64,000 nucleotides of DNA from Anthoceros angustus (taxonomy: Eukaryota > Plantae > Anthocerotophyta): positions 248,001-312,000 of the forward strand of contig VJWM01000019.1 of the NCBI GenBank assembly GCA_010909165.1, given 5' to 3'. The notes beneath the pieces were generated by a model. That model ran no database searches, was not told the DNA's origin, and worked only from the letters and a program-made list of their open reading frames with translations. Below are positions 38,081 to 50,430 of the stretch, piece by piece. The stretch's first letter is position 1, and the number at the start of each line of letters is the position of its first letter. The position numbers were made by a program, and so were the translations under genes.

Positions 38081-38333
38081 TGATTTATAGGACTATATAG
38101 ATCAATTAAACATATTAAATGTATAATTACATACTTTGAGCAATCAAAAAAGACTTAAGTGATAAAACATGAGAAGGCAACTTGAGCAAAAGCGAAAAGC
38201 TATGCCTATTCCCTAAGGTCGTAACCCTAACGAATGGGTGTGACTATTGACTAATCAACCCCAAGTATTATCCTAAGTTACTTACTATTACTTATGGATA
38301 AGACTAAACCCTGAACCCTATTCATATTCAACA
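38081..38333 (-). repeat. Copia 5' LTR (outer boundary approximate)
   Basis: The minus strand ends in CA next to the PBS and begins TGTTGAATATG. The partner LTR is not in the window. Confidence 0.6.
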
Positions 38334-38339
38334 CATCTA

Positions 38340-39330
38340 TTTCTTCAGTATACAATCACCCCGCGGGGGAAATCGGAGGGGTGGTGCTAGAGGCGCTGAA
38401 GCGGAAGGGGAAGCTGGAGGCTTCTAAGGCAGTACTCTTGAAGAATACCCAGAGGTCCTCAAACGGGTAGTTGATGTCGGATCTGAAGGACCGACGAGTG
38501 AGAGCTATGGCCAAAACCATTTTCCATTGGAACATGCTCATGAAAGTAGACCATCTAGGGGACAATCTCATGGTGTTCTTGCATGCGCTCCTGAGGGGGA
38601 AAAGAGCAGATTGGGGCCGAATTATTTTTGCTCGCATAGAGTAGGAGGCGAGGAAATTGCATCAATCGCAACCCCTCCATCGGGGTTGTCCCCCTTCATC
38701 CTGCATCTTTGGGGGCCTTACAACCTCCTTAAGGAAGGTGAGGAGGAACGCGTGCTCCGCCGGGGCCTAACTCACTTGCTGATCGCATGGGAGAGAGGAG
38801 GAGGAGCAAAACACCAACAACAGGCTCGCAAAGGAGCCCAGGACTAGGTGTAACCAGACGAAGTAGGATTGGGAGGGCATTCCGGATGCCATCCGCCTGG
38901 AACAGACCCCCTCACCACCGAGGGAAATTTGGGAAGAAATTCCCACTTCCCTATTGTTGACCGGGGCACCTGCAGAGCAAGCCCCACCCACGGCCATGCC
39001 AGCAAAGCCAAGAGTTGTGCCAGGGAGGGCAGCTCCGGAGGCAACGAGACCAACCCCGGCCCCCCCAAAGGAGCCACATCGGACCCGGACGAAGGACCAG
39101 AAGAAAAAGGCGGTGGTTGTAGCCACCAGACCTGCGGCACCGGTACCACTGCCGGTGAATGAAGAGTGGGCAGAGGCGGAGTTGGCGGTCCACCGGGTGG
39201 AGGGGGACCCGGCCCAAGGGGCGGACGGACACTGGCAGCAGTCGCACCCCGAGCTCGTGCCTTCTTCCACCAGGAGGGGAAAACGGGCCAGCTTTCGTAC
39301 TCCATTGCCCCCACCGGACCCTAAGTGAAG
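38340..39330 (+). pseudogene. Extra 3' ORF remnant of a Gypsy-like LTR element
   Basis: DWGRIIFARIE and LSPFILHLWGPYNLLKEGEEE resemble, from recall, accessory ORFs of bryophyte Gypsy elements. Located immediately 5' of PPT and LTR. Confidence 0.45.
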
Positions 39331-39364
39331 AAGGGCCGAGAAGGAGTTGGCTGCCAAAGGGCCA

Positions 39365-41208
39365 AGGAGGGGGAAGGTTGTGGAGTGGAAACTTGTGTCT
39401 AGAGACACCATGAGGTCCACATTCACCCTCAATGTCGTTGTAGGCCTAGGATTCGCTCCCAAGGGAATGGTTTGTGCCAAGAGACGCTAACTTCTATCAC
39501 TACCGACCTTTGCCTAGGTCAGGACTTACCTGCTATCACTCCTCTTACCTATCTACTCAACTACTACTACCTCCCGACTTGTCTAACTACCACAGATTTT
39601 ATTCCCCGACCACAAATCTTATTCCACAACCCCCGTTCCTGAGCTACTACCGCGGTGGCTCTCACCACTACCGGGTAGTTGCTACGACTACCTAGGTGGG
39701 TCCCACGCCAAACCCTAGCGACTTATTCTGGCACCGTGATTCCCCGCCACGACGGCCACCACCGCCAGATCGACTTTATTTTGCACTCCATACTATGCAC
39801 ACCGATTCCTAGGAACCAAAGCTCCTTGGATTCCTCACAACCGCTCTCACACACACACAAAGGGCCAAGGAGGGGAAGGTTGTGGAGTGGAAACTTGTGT
39901 CTAGAGACACCATGAGGTCCACATTCACCCTCAATGTCGCTGTAGGCCTAGGATTCGCCTCCCAAGGAATGGTTTGTGCCAAGAGACGCTTAACTTCTAT
40001 CACTACCGACCTTGCCTAGGTCAGACTTCACCGCTATCACTCCTCTTACCCATCTACTCAACTACTACTACCTCCCGACTTGTCTAACTACCATGATTTT
40101 ATTCCCCGACCACAAATCTTATTCCACAACCCCTGCCTCGAGCTACTACCGGTGGCTCTCACCACTACCGGGTAGTTACATGACTACCTAGGTGGGTCCC
40201 ACGCCAAACCCTAGCGACTTATTCTGGCACCGTGATTCCCCGCCACGACGGCCACCACCGCCAGATCGACTTTATTTTGCACTCCATACTATGCACACCG
40301 ATTCCTAGGAACCAAAGCTCCTTGGATTCCTCACAACCGCTCTCACACACACACAAAGGGCCAAGGAGGGGAAGGTTGTGGAGTGGAAACTTGTGTCTAG
40401 AGACACCATGAGGTCCACATTCACCCTCAATGTCGTTGTAGGCCTAGGATTCGCTCCCAAGGAATGGTTTGTGCCAAGAGACGCTTAACTTATCACTACC
40501 GACCTTGCCTAGGTCGACTTCACCGCTATCACTCCTCTTACCCATCTACTCAACTACTACTACCTCCGACTTGTCTAACTACCATGATTCTCGACCACAA
40601 ATCTTATTCCACAACCCCCGTTCCTGAGCTACTACCGCGGTGGCTCTCACCACTACCGGGTAGTTGCTACGACTACCTAGGTGGGTCCCACGCCAAACCC
40701 TAGCGACTTATTCTGGTGCGCGGCACCGTGATTCCCTGCCACGGACGGCTACCACTGCTCACAGATCAGACTTTATTTTGCACTCCATACTTCATGCACA
40801 CACCGATTCCTAGGAACCAAAGCTCCTTGGATTCCTCACAACCGCTCTCACACACACACAAAAGGGCGCCACCCTCACACAATTCCACAAGGAATGCTGT
40901 TTCCTCTTGTGCACACTTCTACCAACAGCACCGGTTTGGATTCTCTTTGATCCACACAAATCTCCACTGTTAGACTCTCAATTAGTTCTCCTTCTCAACT
41001 CCTCCTCACAGCCACACACCTTGCATCGCGTACAGTGCTTAGCCACTCCTTCACCCACTCTTCCTCCTCCTCCACGATTCGCTTCTCCCAATTCTCTCTC
41101 TCTCTCTATCAGCGCTCAGGCTTCCAACCACACACCACACACACTCTAGTTTTCGGAACACAACCAACGGGGAAAGGGTAAGGGGAAGGGGAATTCGCGG
41201 GCGTCACA
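39365..41208 (+). mobile_element. PPT plus 3' LTR (full copy 40377-41208, TGTGG...TCACA); PPT and LTR 5' part triplicated
   Basis: Purine tract aaggagggggaaggt directly before TGTGGAGTGG at 39379, 39881 and 40377 (period ~500 bp). Terminal ...GCGTCACA at 41208. Confidence 0.75.
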
Positions 41209-41599
41209 ACAGGCATTACGAGCAAGCTCCAGACCCGCCCCGCGCCAATCCCTCGATTTCCTCCTCCTTTGACAGCGAGAAGCGCTCACTCACCACCCTC
41301 TCCACCAGTTGCGGAGCAAGCTCTCGACCACCCTTAGGAGCGTCTCGCACACCAAATCTGGACGCTCCAACCAGCCATGGGGGATCTCAACCAGAATTAT
41401 CGATGTGAGGGCACAACCAAGCCCCTTTATACAACGGTCAGGCCATAGCCCACCGTAATTTTCGTGTCCTAAAACGGCCAACGCCAAGAGGCGCCTTACA
41501 ATTTCGGACGGCCTTAGGTCCGTGGATGGCATCCTACCTCATCCTATCCAAAGTTATATTCCTAGGATGCCACTACTCCTCGCCTATGTTATCTCCGCG

Positions 41600-42860
41600 C
41601 CTCCTCCGACGATCGCCGCCCTTCGCCCCGCCGAATCCATGGGCCCTCCTTCTTTGTTGCTGGTCTGGTAAATCCTCCCATAAACTCTCCACCGTTTTTC
41701 CATGAACCCAAGTCCCAACTCCCTCACCAATTCTCCAGCTCGGACCCTCCAATGGTTCATATTAGGCCATTGGGCAGTCGAAATTTCCGATGCGGGCGCC
41801 ATGCTCCTGCAAAAACCTCACGCCCACGGCGCCTCGAATTGCTGATAGCTCGCGTAAGAATCTCCAACTTGGTCAGCCCCCCAAGGTTCCTACCTCCACA
41901 GCCTCGTGAGCTCTCCGCCGCCACCAGGGCGTGCCCTTCATAGCCTCGTGCCGAGCTCGTGCCCTGTCAGGAATTGTCTAGAGCTACCCCGCTGCCACCG
42001 CGCCTGGTGCCTTTCCGAGTTTTCTTAGGGTTATATCCCCCTGAAATTCTACGACCGCCACCGCGGCCACCGCAGTCCAGTCCCGAATAGGCGCAAGAGG
42101 TGCCAAGGACGGTGGATCCGGAATCGCGAGTCCGCCGTGGTTCAAGTAAAGCAACTGCGAGCTAGAGAAGTTTGGCAAAGGGGATCTGTTTACCTCGCAG
42201 ATGGAGCCCAGATACATATTCCAGTAAAGAGCTTAGAGCATGATGTACACTTTCAGGACATGATCGCCGCTGGAAAAGACATTTTCAGCGCCAAGTTAGT
42301 ATATCATGGCCGAGATCCTGCTCAACCCGGACACTGTGAGGAAAGCACAGGCCGTGATCGACAACAGGATAGGGGAGATTTGCGGAGGAGCCGGATGTAA
42401 TGGGTTCTCACTGCCTCCGCTGTGGACTGAAGGAGTCTCAACGATTGCGGCCTTTGCCTCAACCCCCACTATTCTACGGAAGCCACCAACGTATGCATTT
42501 CTAAACCTTTTTGTCGTCGCGGATCAAAACGTCTCTGAGTGACGACCTGTTTTGCATGTGGGAGGACATGACATTCCAAAAGGCGCCACAACGATCACTG
42601 GTTTCTACCGTACAGGCTTGGGACGGAGCCCAGATCTGTGGGAGAATCCGAGACATTCCGCTTTGCTCATGAGACAAATCCCGCACCTGCGAGACGCAGG
42701 GATGAGGAAAGTTGTGTTCGCGGGAGGAGGAGAGGATGTCCAGGTGCCACACTGGCACCTACACAGGCTGATTCACTGATTAGACTGGACAATCGCAACT
42801 GGCACAAACAAACCCTTGATTTCACTCTCGAATAAGGAATTACCACCCCAATGAAAAATC
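41600..42860 (+). pseudogene. Cytochrome P450 pseudogene (A-type/CYP71-clan-like)
   Basis: Degenerate motifs RPRRLE; I-helix DMIAAGKD preceded by acceptor tttcag; MAEILLNPDTVRKAQAVID; K-helix KESQRL; VGGHDIPKGAT; LGRSPDLWENP; heme signature GRRRGCPGATLA. Multiple frameshifts. Confidence 0.85.
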
Positions 42861-43354
42861 ATCTCCAGGGTATTCGCAAACCTCGTCTGACGGAACATCT
42901 GTACAATCATCAGTTGCCCAGAACCTGAAACAGCATACCTTCGGTTGAGAACTCGGCACCGGGATTTCCTTATGCCCCTGACGACATCACCCGCAACAAC
43001 ATTCACCACAAATGCCACAGGCTGGTAGTATGGCGTTAGACGGTGGCATGAAGGCAGCATCAAGAGTTGGGTGGTCCGCCATTAGCTTAACACCAGCATT
43101 TGTGGTAGTATGCCAATACAGCTGGTAGAAGAAATGCAGCTGGGTTTAGTAGTCAAAATTGAATTTCGTATCAGATACATGTCAGTTCAGCGGACCACCT
43201 AATCTCGGATAGAATACAACAAAAAAAAATTAATGCAAAGATCACTGCACATTAAGACTGCAGAGATCACCAGGTATATGGCATTGCCAGCAATACTCCA
43301 AGGAGAGCTCAGCTACATACAGCCACAAGAGGCGGAGGAAGCTGTGTCCTCCGC

Positions 43355-46300
43355 TTAGCTGAAGGGTTCCTCATCATAACTGCTTAGAGGTGCTGAAGTT
43401 CCTTCTGCAGAAACAGAAATCCCTCGTGAGCTTGGCACACATAAATACAGACTGCCTGAGTTAGGCAAGAGCCCTACCTTTCAATGGTAGATTATCAAAT
43501 GCTGACGGAGTAGTCGGATACTTGATCCTATGGACAACAGTACCGCTCTGTTTCACAAGACATGCCGCCTTGTCCTCGTTTGGAGATCGAGCCCGTAGCA
43601 CTGAAAATACATGGCTGTTGAGCCTTCTGCATCTCTTGGCATTCTCCAAGAAACCTGTCAAATCCTGAGCATAAAACATGAAATATGTCAGGGCTGAGGT
43701 TGCTGCTGCAGGTCAGGGATGTCGCAGAAGCTATTGACAAAAAGAGCTTGAGAACTGAGGTGGAGAGGCAGGAGGTCCTTCACATTGTCGTAAGGAGGAG
43801 TCTGTTTCCTATCAATAAGCATCGTTTGTGTGATGGACAGAGCCTCTGCCTCAGCCACGTTCAAGAGATGGTAGATAAAATCAAGGAGCTCAAATCGCAG
43901 ATGCTGGCCAAGGAGATACATTACGGTACACCCTCCCCATGCGACGCCATCTCCGAAGCGATCTGCATTAGAGTCCACCTCTTCGATTGGTTGCCCACAG
44001 TACACCTGCATTGCATATTATAATTAGGACTCGTCCAAACTAATACAAGTCAGCTTAGAAATTCCTCTGCAGATCCTCTCAACAAGAGCCCAGGAACGTA
44101 CAAACTGAAGACCACTGAAGACCCGGTGAAACTCCTTCGTACTTGTTATCTCTATGAGTCCCGTTTTGGTAGGTGCATTAAATTTTCCGCGGATGGAATC
44201 CAAAACCGCGCTGAGGTAGGCCAGTGTGTAATCAAGTATACTGCCCGTTTGAAGGTTGTTCATGTACAGCAAATCTGCCACAGCCTCAACAAGGTCACGC
44301 AAATGACGCCTAGAAAAGCTTCACAGAACTTCTTCACACATGTAAGACATAACCTGCAACTTCCGCTTGCTTTGCTATTGCTGCGGATGTGGGAGGACTT
44401 AGAGTTGCTGGATTTGCAACAACTATTTGTGTTGCCTTTTTGAAGAGGCTGACAAGTGGGCTATGACCATCATCAGCCAGAAGTTGCTGCATTTGGCCTT
44501 CACTTCCAGGAACTACTCCAAGCCAAGGTGCAACTTGCATAAACCAGCTTGTTTCCACCTCACGCTGCATGAGAGGTCAGAAGAACTAATCAATATGAAA
44601 GTAAGCTGATGCGCCGTACACAACTCTTGGCTAAATGTACCCACCATGGCAGAGTCAAGAAGGCTGATCCAAACAACTATGCTGCCTATTTCTTTGCAGC
44701 ACTGAAGTGCTTCAACCTTTCCTTCATAGTTGGTCGCCCACTGCAGCTGTTCTTTCAGAATGTGAAAACAACCTGCAGTAGACAGGAAGGAAATTTTCGC
44801 CTTCAGCAACATAATATTCTCCTGGCGGACTTCATTCTCAAATGTTGCACGGCAAAGTCATGCCCAAGAGCTTCAACATGCAACTCACCTGCGACGCCCA
44901 CCTCGGATGGAGGAACACTGATGGCTTTAGGAAGGGAGGCACGTATCTCAGTAATGATTGGTTCCATAGTACCTGTAACCTGGAAGAATTTGAAAAGAAT
45001 TAGAATTGCTTTTCACCATATTTTGTGATTGTAGTAGTCATAGCAAGAGGCGAAGAACAGTTCGACAGACCTTTTGAGATAAGTGGTCAAGCAAAGCTCG
45101 AACCAGCCAAGGAATAGAACGAGACCCCAACAGCTTGACGATTGCAAGCATATGAGGCAAGCCAAAGAACTTGCCATAGAGTTCTGCAAATGCTGCATGT
45201 GCCTGGTTGAGATCCTGTTTGCAAAACCAGAGACAGTGACTCAGTGTCTACGCAGCCTGGTATGAGGATAATCCAAAAAGCTGCTCACCGTTGTGCCACA
45301 GAGGAAGCTGGGACTTGCGTGGGCAAAGGCAGGTCGCTTGACTGGTCGTTGACATGCCTTCGGGGATCGGATAAACCTTTGTGTTGTGTTGCACAAATTG
45401 AAGTTGGGCAAGAAGTCATTTTGCATTTCCAGAAAGACCTGTCAAACCGCAGTCAGATGATAGCTTACAGCATACTAGCGGATTTGATTGAGTGAGCTGC
45501 ATGAAAAATCAGGAACCGAGTTCAGAATGCTGCCAAGCTACCTGAGAAGCTATTCGTCCTGAGAAGGACACGAGAGAGATGTTCTCAGCCATCTCACTGA
45601 AGATAGCCTTGAATGGGTCGAGGTTCAAGTGTTCTGCCAGCAATTCGTGTGTGAGCCTCAAAATTTCAATAAGATTTTGCAGCTCCTGATATCCCAACAA
45701 ATAGGAGAGAGTACGTTAGAACACAGGAGAGATGCTTGGCGGCAAAGCACCATAATTTCTCTCTAGTAAAAATGCTGAAGCAAGACATCTGGTAGACCGC
45801 AGCATACCACGATAGAGCAAAGGTCATGTGCCTCAAAGCGTTCAAGCAGAAAGTCCAGGTTTTCTCTGAAAACTTTGTTCAAGCGTTGAGCAATGAGAAA
45901 GGCTAAATCAATGGTTCTGCCAAGGAGCTGCAAACAAGTGAACGTCAGCACGATTTCCAGTTATGGATATATCTTTTAAATTAATCATAGAAAACCAAGG
46001 TGAATGGAAATTCTTGACCTTCACTCGTCGCACTTTAAATAATATGTCGTAGCGTCTCGGGAAAACAAAATACTTTTGGCGGTTCTCCGACACCGAGAGG
46101 AAACTTGGATCGAGCAATTTACTGCATAAACCCATGTGACAAAAACCAAAAAACTGTTTTGGTTACCTCTGCTCTGTCCCAGGTGTGGACCCAAAGAAAA
46201 CACTTGCACAGTACCTTGCAGCACGACTTTTGTAATAGGCGAACATGTGATCGCTCAGCTTGAATACCAGTTGATCGAAACATAGATCCACCTGCAGAAT

Positions 46301-49300
46301 AGAACTTAAAGCCAAGGAATATTGCCACTCTGTTGACCCACAGGTAGACGTGTCAGGCTAACAAAATACACATACCTCAGCTTCTATTTCATCATACAGA
46401 AACCGTTGCTTCAAGCCCCGAAGTGCATAATCCGCAGAGTCATTGTAGATGTCGAAAGGCATGAGTAGGCACTCCAGCAACCCAGTGTCTTCAGACTCAA
46501 TGATGTGGTCCACCAACATCCAGGGAAGGGAGCACTCAATGGGGAACTGACCACCCAAAAGCATTTTGGTTAGTAGATGTGGGTGAGGATAGGAATGCTA
46601 AACAGCCGGTTCCTCTCAGTGATTGATGATCAGACTCACCTGAATAACACGAGAAGTTTCAAGATAGAACTCTCTGAACCAAAGGAAACCCAAGTCTGTA
46701 ACGTGTCCTAAGGTTGCTGCATTAACACATCCACATACGACAGTCTCAGAGATCGACTTACCCACGACTAGTCAGTTCCACCGCTAAAACGGAAGGCTAC
46801 CTCTATAGTCAAGGATGTGAGGTAAGAACACAAGTTTGTTGAAGAAAGTTTCTAACTGCCTCATGTCGGCAGCCGGAATCTCTGTGTCATTGCTGCCAAA
46901 AAATCCTCCTGCCTTCTTCGGAGAACCTCCCGAAACAAGCTCATGAATCAGAAACTGTAGACAATGGAGCTGCATGGGACAAAGATCTGGGCATTCAGTG
47001 ATAAATTTTAGTCCTGACATGGTGCAGCGAAATGAGTCAAAGTGTACCAACCTGAGCTGCCGTAGGAGGAGCTGGGCGAGGACGAAAGGCTGCAAGTCCG
47101 TCAGTATCTTCCCTTGCTTTTCTGTCAGCAGACTGTTCAGTATCCTTACTGGATTTCCCTACCAAATCAGCTGCTATTGTGCGCATATCTGTCAGGATCC
47201 TGTTCCAAGCCCTAGTTAGGCAAATCATCCCAGCTCTGCAAGAGCAAGATGTGAGCAACCTCAAAGAGCACTGAATGCCACTATTGGCAGCGACCTGGAG
47301 ATGTCCTTCTTCTTCTTGAAAGATGTCCGCAACATGATTGAAAACTTGTTTTGCACAAAGTCTTGGATCTGGGCATGCACGGTTTCCCAAATTGTGTCTG
47401 CAACAAATGTATCTATTTGCTCCATCATTGTGCCCACTCCTTTGATGTAGCTTGTGAGCTCCAGTAATGCTTTTCTCTCTGATGCTGAATAATTATATCG
47501 GACTACCTGTGTTTGAAAGAGCACTAGTTGTTGAAGTTGCACTGACAAACTACAACCAAAGGGCCACTGCACTGAGCTATGCAAATAATGACTTTTGTAC
47601 CTTTTCATAGTCACTAACAGGGGTGTCTGTTTCTGGATCCAAAGCCTCAGCATCCTTTGCAGGCCGTGAGAACTTCCAAGCACACTGCTCCCAAATGCGC
47701 CCTGTCCAATCACTTAGTCGTTGAAATCCTTCCACAATCACTAGATACATTTCCTGCTTGATTTGAGGTCCAGAAATGTCATCCTTGACTCTTGCGGATT
47801 TGTACAACTGCAGCTGCACATTGTCAAAGGTATTCAGCACAAGTTGCCCCATGAACTCCCAATCATGCTCCCAAGAACGTAAGTCAGCTTTGGGTGGAAA
47901 TTCTACCTGATTGAGGGCAGCTGCATACCGCAAGCAATATTCATCATGTGCTGAGCGTATAGCAGGTATATGGTGTACAATTGAGTACATTTTCTGGTAT
48001 GTATCATAGTTAAGGTCAAGACACAGCACTCTTTCACCAAATCAAAGTAAAACAAGTAACCACTCGACGAGGCCAGACTATGTATTCTCCTTCAGCACTA
48101 TATGTATTGTGGATATTCCATAGCATCCTTGGGAGGAAGCTCATGCGGAGCAGGAAGTGCTAGCAGCCGACTCTGAGCAGCAACTCTCCGAAAGAATGGT
48201 GAAAGCTCCTTCAGCATCATTGCAGGAGCGAGATGTAGGTCTGGAAATGCAGGTATCACGGGGTCCCTCTGATAAACAAGACAAAGAATTTCTCAGCAAC
48301 TAAATAACAATACCCTTACCAAATAGAATGTCAGCTACAAGAGAAATGTAACGATTGTAAGTTTGTCTCTTCTTGTAGTTAAGCAGGCTACCAGTTAGCT
48401 TACTCTGAAAATACGAATCAGACGAGCAACTTTGACTTTCTTGAAAAAGGAGTCACTGTCTTTCTCAGATGGTGTTGCCAGTAGAACAAGCACAGGCAGA
48501 ACTCTAAGAAGGGTATGCCGCTCAGAGTAGAAAAGGACTCGATCAGACTCCAAAGACTCCAAACAGAAAAGCATCAGAACTTGGAGAATATCCTCAACAC
48601 TGTACAAGCAAGGGATCCATCAAGGAATTAGAACTATTCTCAACAAGTGCAAACCGTTCAGAAAATACTGCAGCCATTAGGTAGTCACATACTTGCTCAT
48701 CCTGAACAGCTCAGCCTGAATATTCAACAGGATTGCCCATCTCGCGCTGAGAAACATCTGTTCAAGAACATAAATAGAGTTGGTATTGCTACATTGACAG
48801 ATTAAATTTCGTGTGTAGACTTCTGCGGTTGAGGAGAGCAGAAAGAATGAAACCTGCAGATCATCTAGCTCCTCTCTCATTGTCTCAGTATCTGGCCAGT
48901 GTGTGCTGACCTGAGTGAACGTTCTGCATGAGAACACAAGACTCCATTTACTAGAGAAGCTGACTAGACATAGCAATGAGACAGACAGGACTTGAAGGTC
49001 CTAGTAAGTAAAAGGAGTTGGTTCATCATTTTTCAAATACCTCTTATACCAAGAGAAGTCATTGGGAATGCTGGCTTTAGCATTCTTCAGATGATCCAGC
49101 TGCAGCAGTACGTCCAAAAGCTTTATCATGCACCTGAAACAGGTTAGGTAGGGTGTATGTGTTATCATGTACGAAGACAGGAGGGACAATGCAAGCCAGA
49201 TATATGCCGCAGCTTACCACATGTGAGTGACGGTTGGACCATTCAGTCGACGCTCAGGCCGTGAGAACCGGTGCATGTCAGATGCCAACTGCATCACAAA

Positions 49301-50430
49301 CAAGCTGATCAGTACTGCCTGTTGATGACAGTGGGACCAATGGTGGAAAACGAGAAACGTAACCCAGGCATGAACACCTGAAGTTAGGAAGAAGTGCAGT
49401 TGCTTCTATCATGTGAATAGCGGTTTTGCTTGAGGGGAGCATCATACCCCACAAGGTTGCAAAGAGGAATGGGCTGGGAGCAGCATTACAGATGAAACTT
49501 GCCTTGGATGCTGCTGCCGCCTGCCAGACCTGAATCTCACGAAGGCGTCCGATCTCAATGTCGAGAACTTGATATGTTTCCAAGTACAAGTCCCCTTGAC
49601 TTTGTTTCATTGAGTCCGGCAGCTGCAAGAACAAAAGGTTCCCAATTAACGGACCTCACAAGCCTGTCTATGGAGGTGTACTCTGGACCAAAAATTATTA
49701 CAAACCAGCATTGCTAGACGCCTTTGTGTCCAGCACAAACCTGAGGTAAAGCCTTCACACAACTCCTGTAGGTGTACAGGACGGATATCATTTCCTTCCC
49801 TTCCACAATGAGTGTCTCCTGTTCACAGTACATGAGAAACGTCGCAAAATTTCAACAATGCTGACGGACATGAGAAACAAGGTTCCAAGGACGAAGGTGT
49901 AAGATTGAGCACGAACCAAATGGTTTATGGCTTTGGTATCCTCTGACAAACTTAACCGATAAGCATGAACATCCTCATAACCTAAACAACACAGGTCCCA
50001 ACACAATCAATCAGCTTCTAACGAATCCCTGCACTGGGCAACTCAACCAAAACAAGATGACTGCAGGTGGAGTATTATTGAGTACCAATTGGACTTTCAG
50101 AGGCAGTCTTTCCACACGACAATGTCGCAGCCAAACCTTGGATACCTGGCTGGTCATCCTGAAAAAAGGCCCAACAGACACACTTTTTTGAGGATACAAC
50201 AAGACAGCTCCTTCAGCTGATGCTGCTTCGTTATGGAGCAAGTATCCTCGGACATTCGGGGCCTGAGAATCGCTACTCTAATGGTTCTGGAAGCCAATGC
50301 TGCCCTGTCCAAATGCAACGACAGGCATGCATTGGGACAGTAGTAGCCAATTGGTGAGAGAGTGCAAACCCACCTCCAACGAGAAAGTGGATAACGCAGC
50401 CACAGCATCCTCCACTGGCACGGCAGCCAT
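43355..50430 (-). CDS. PIR: PIROGI/SRA1/PIR121 (CYFIP family) subunit of the WAVE/SCAR complex; multi-exon with short introns
   Basis: Start [19 protein letters not shown] at 50430. Exons encode [62 protein letters not shown]...[37 protein letters not shown]...[12 protein letters not shown]. Last exon predicted at 43355-43404; read-through would stop at 43461. Confidence 0.96.
48001..48116 (-). other. U12-type AT-AC intron in PIR
   Basis: 5' end ATATCC, branch site CCTTAAC ~10 nt upstream of the terminal AC. Splicing gives in-frame [12 protein letters not shown]. Confidence 0.85.

Larger units (their letters stand above)
31958..38333 (-). mobile_element. Ty1/Copia LTR retrotransposon, 5' half (LTR, PBS, gag, protease, integrase)
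   Basis: Order LTR-PBS-gag-PR-IN on the minus strand; integrase is truncated at the CACTA-A insertion. Confidence 0.92.

Noticed and set aside
38220-38322. Telomeric repeats (taaccctaa, taaaccctgaacccta)
   Set aside because: Only isolated degenerate units inside an LTR; telobox-like, not an interstitial telomere.
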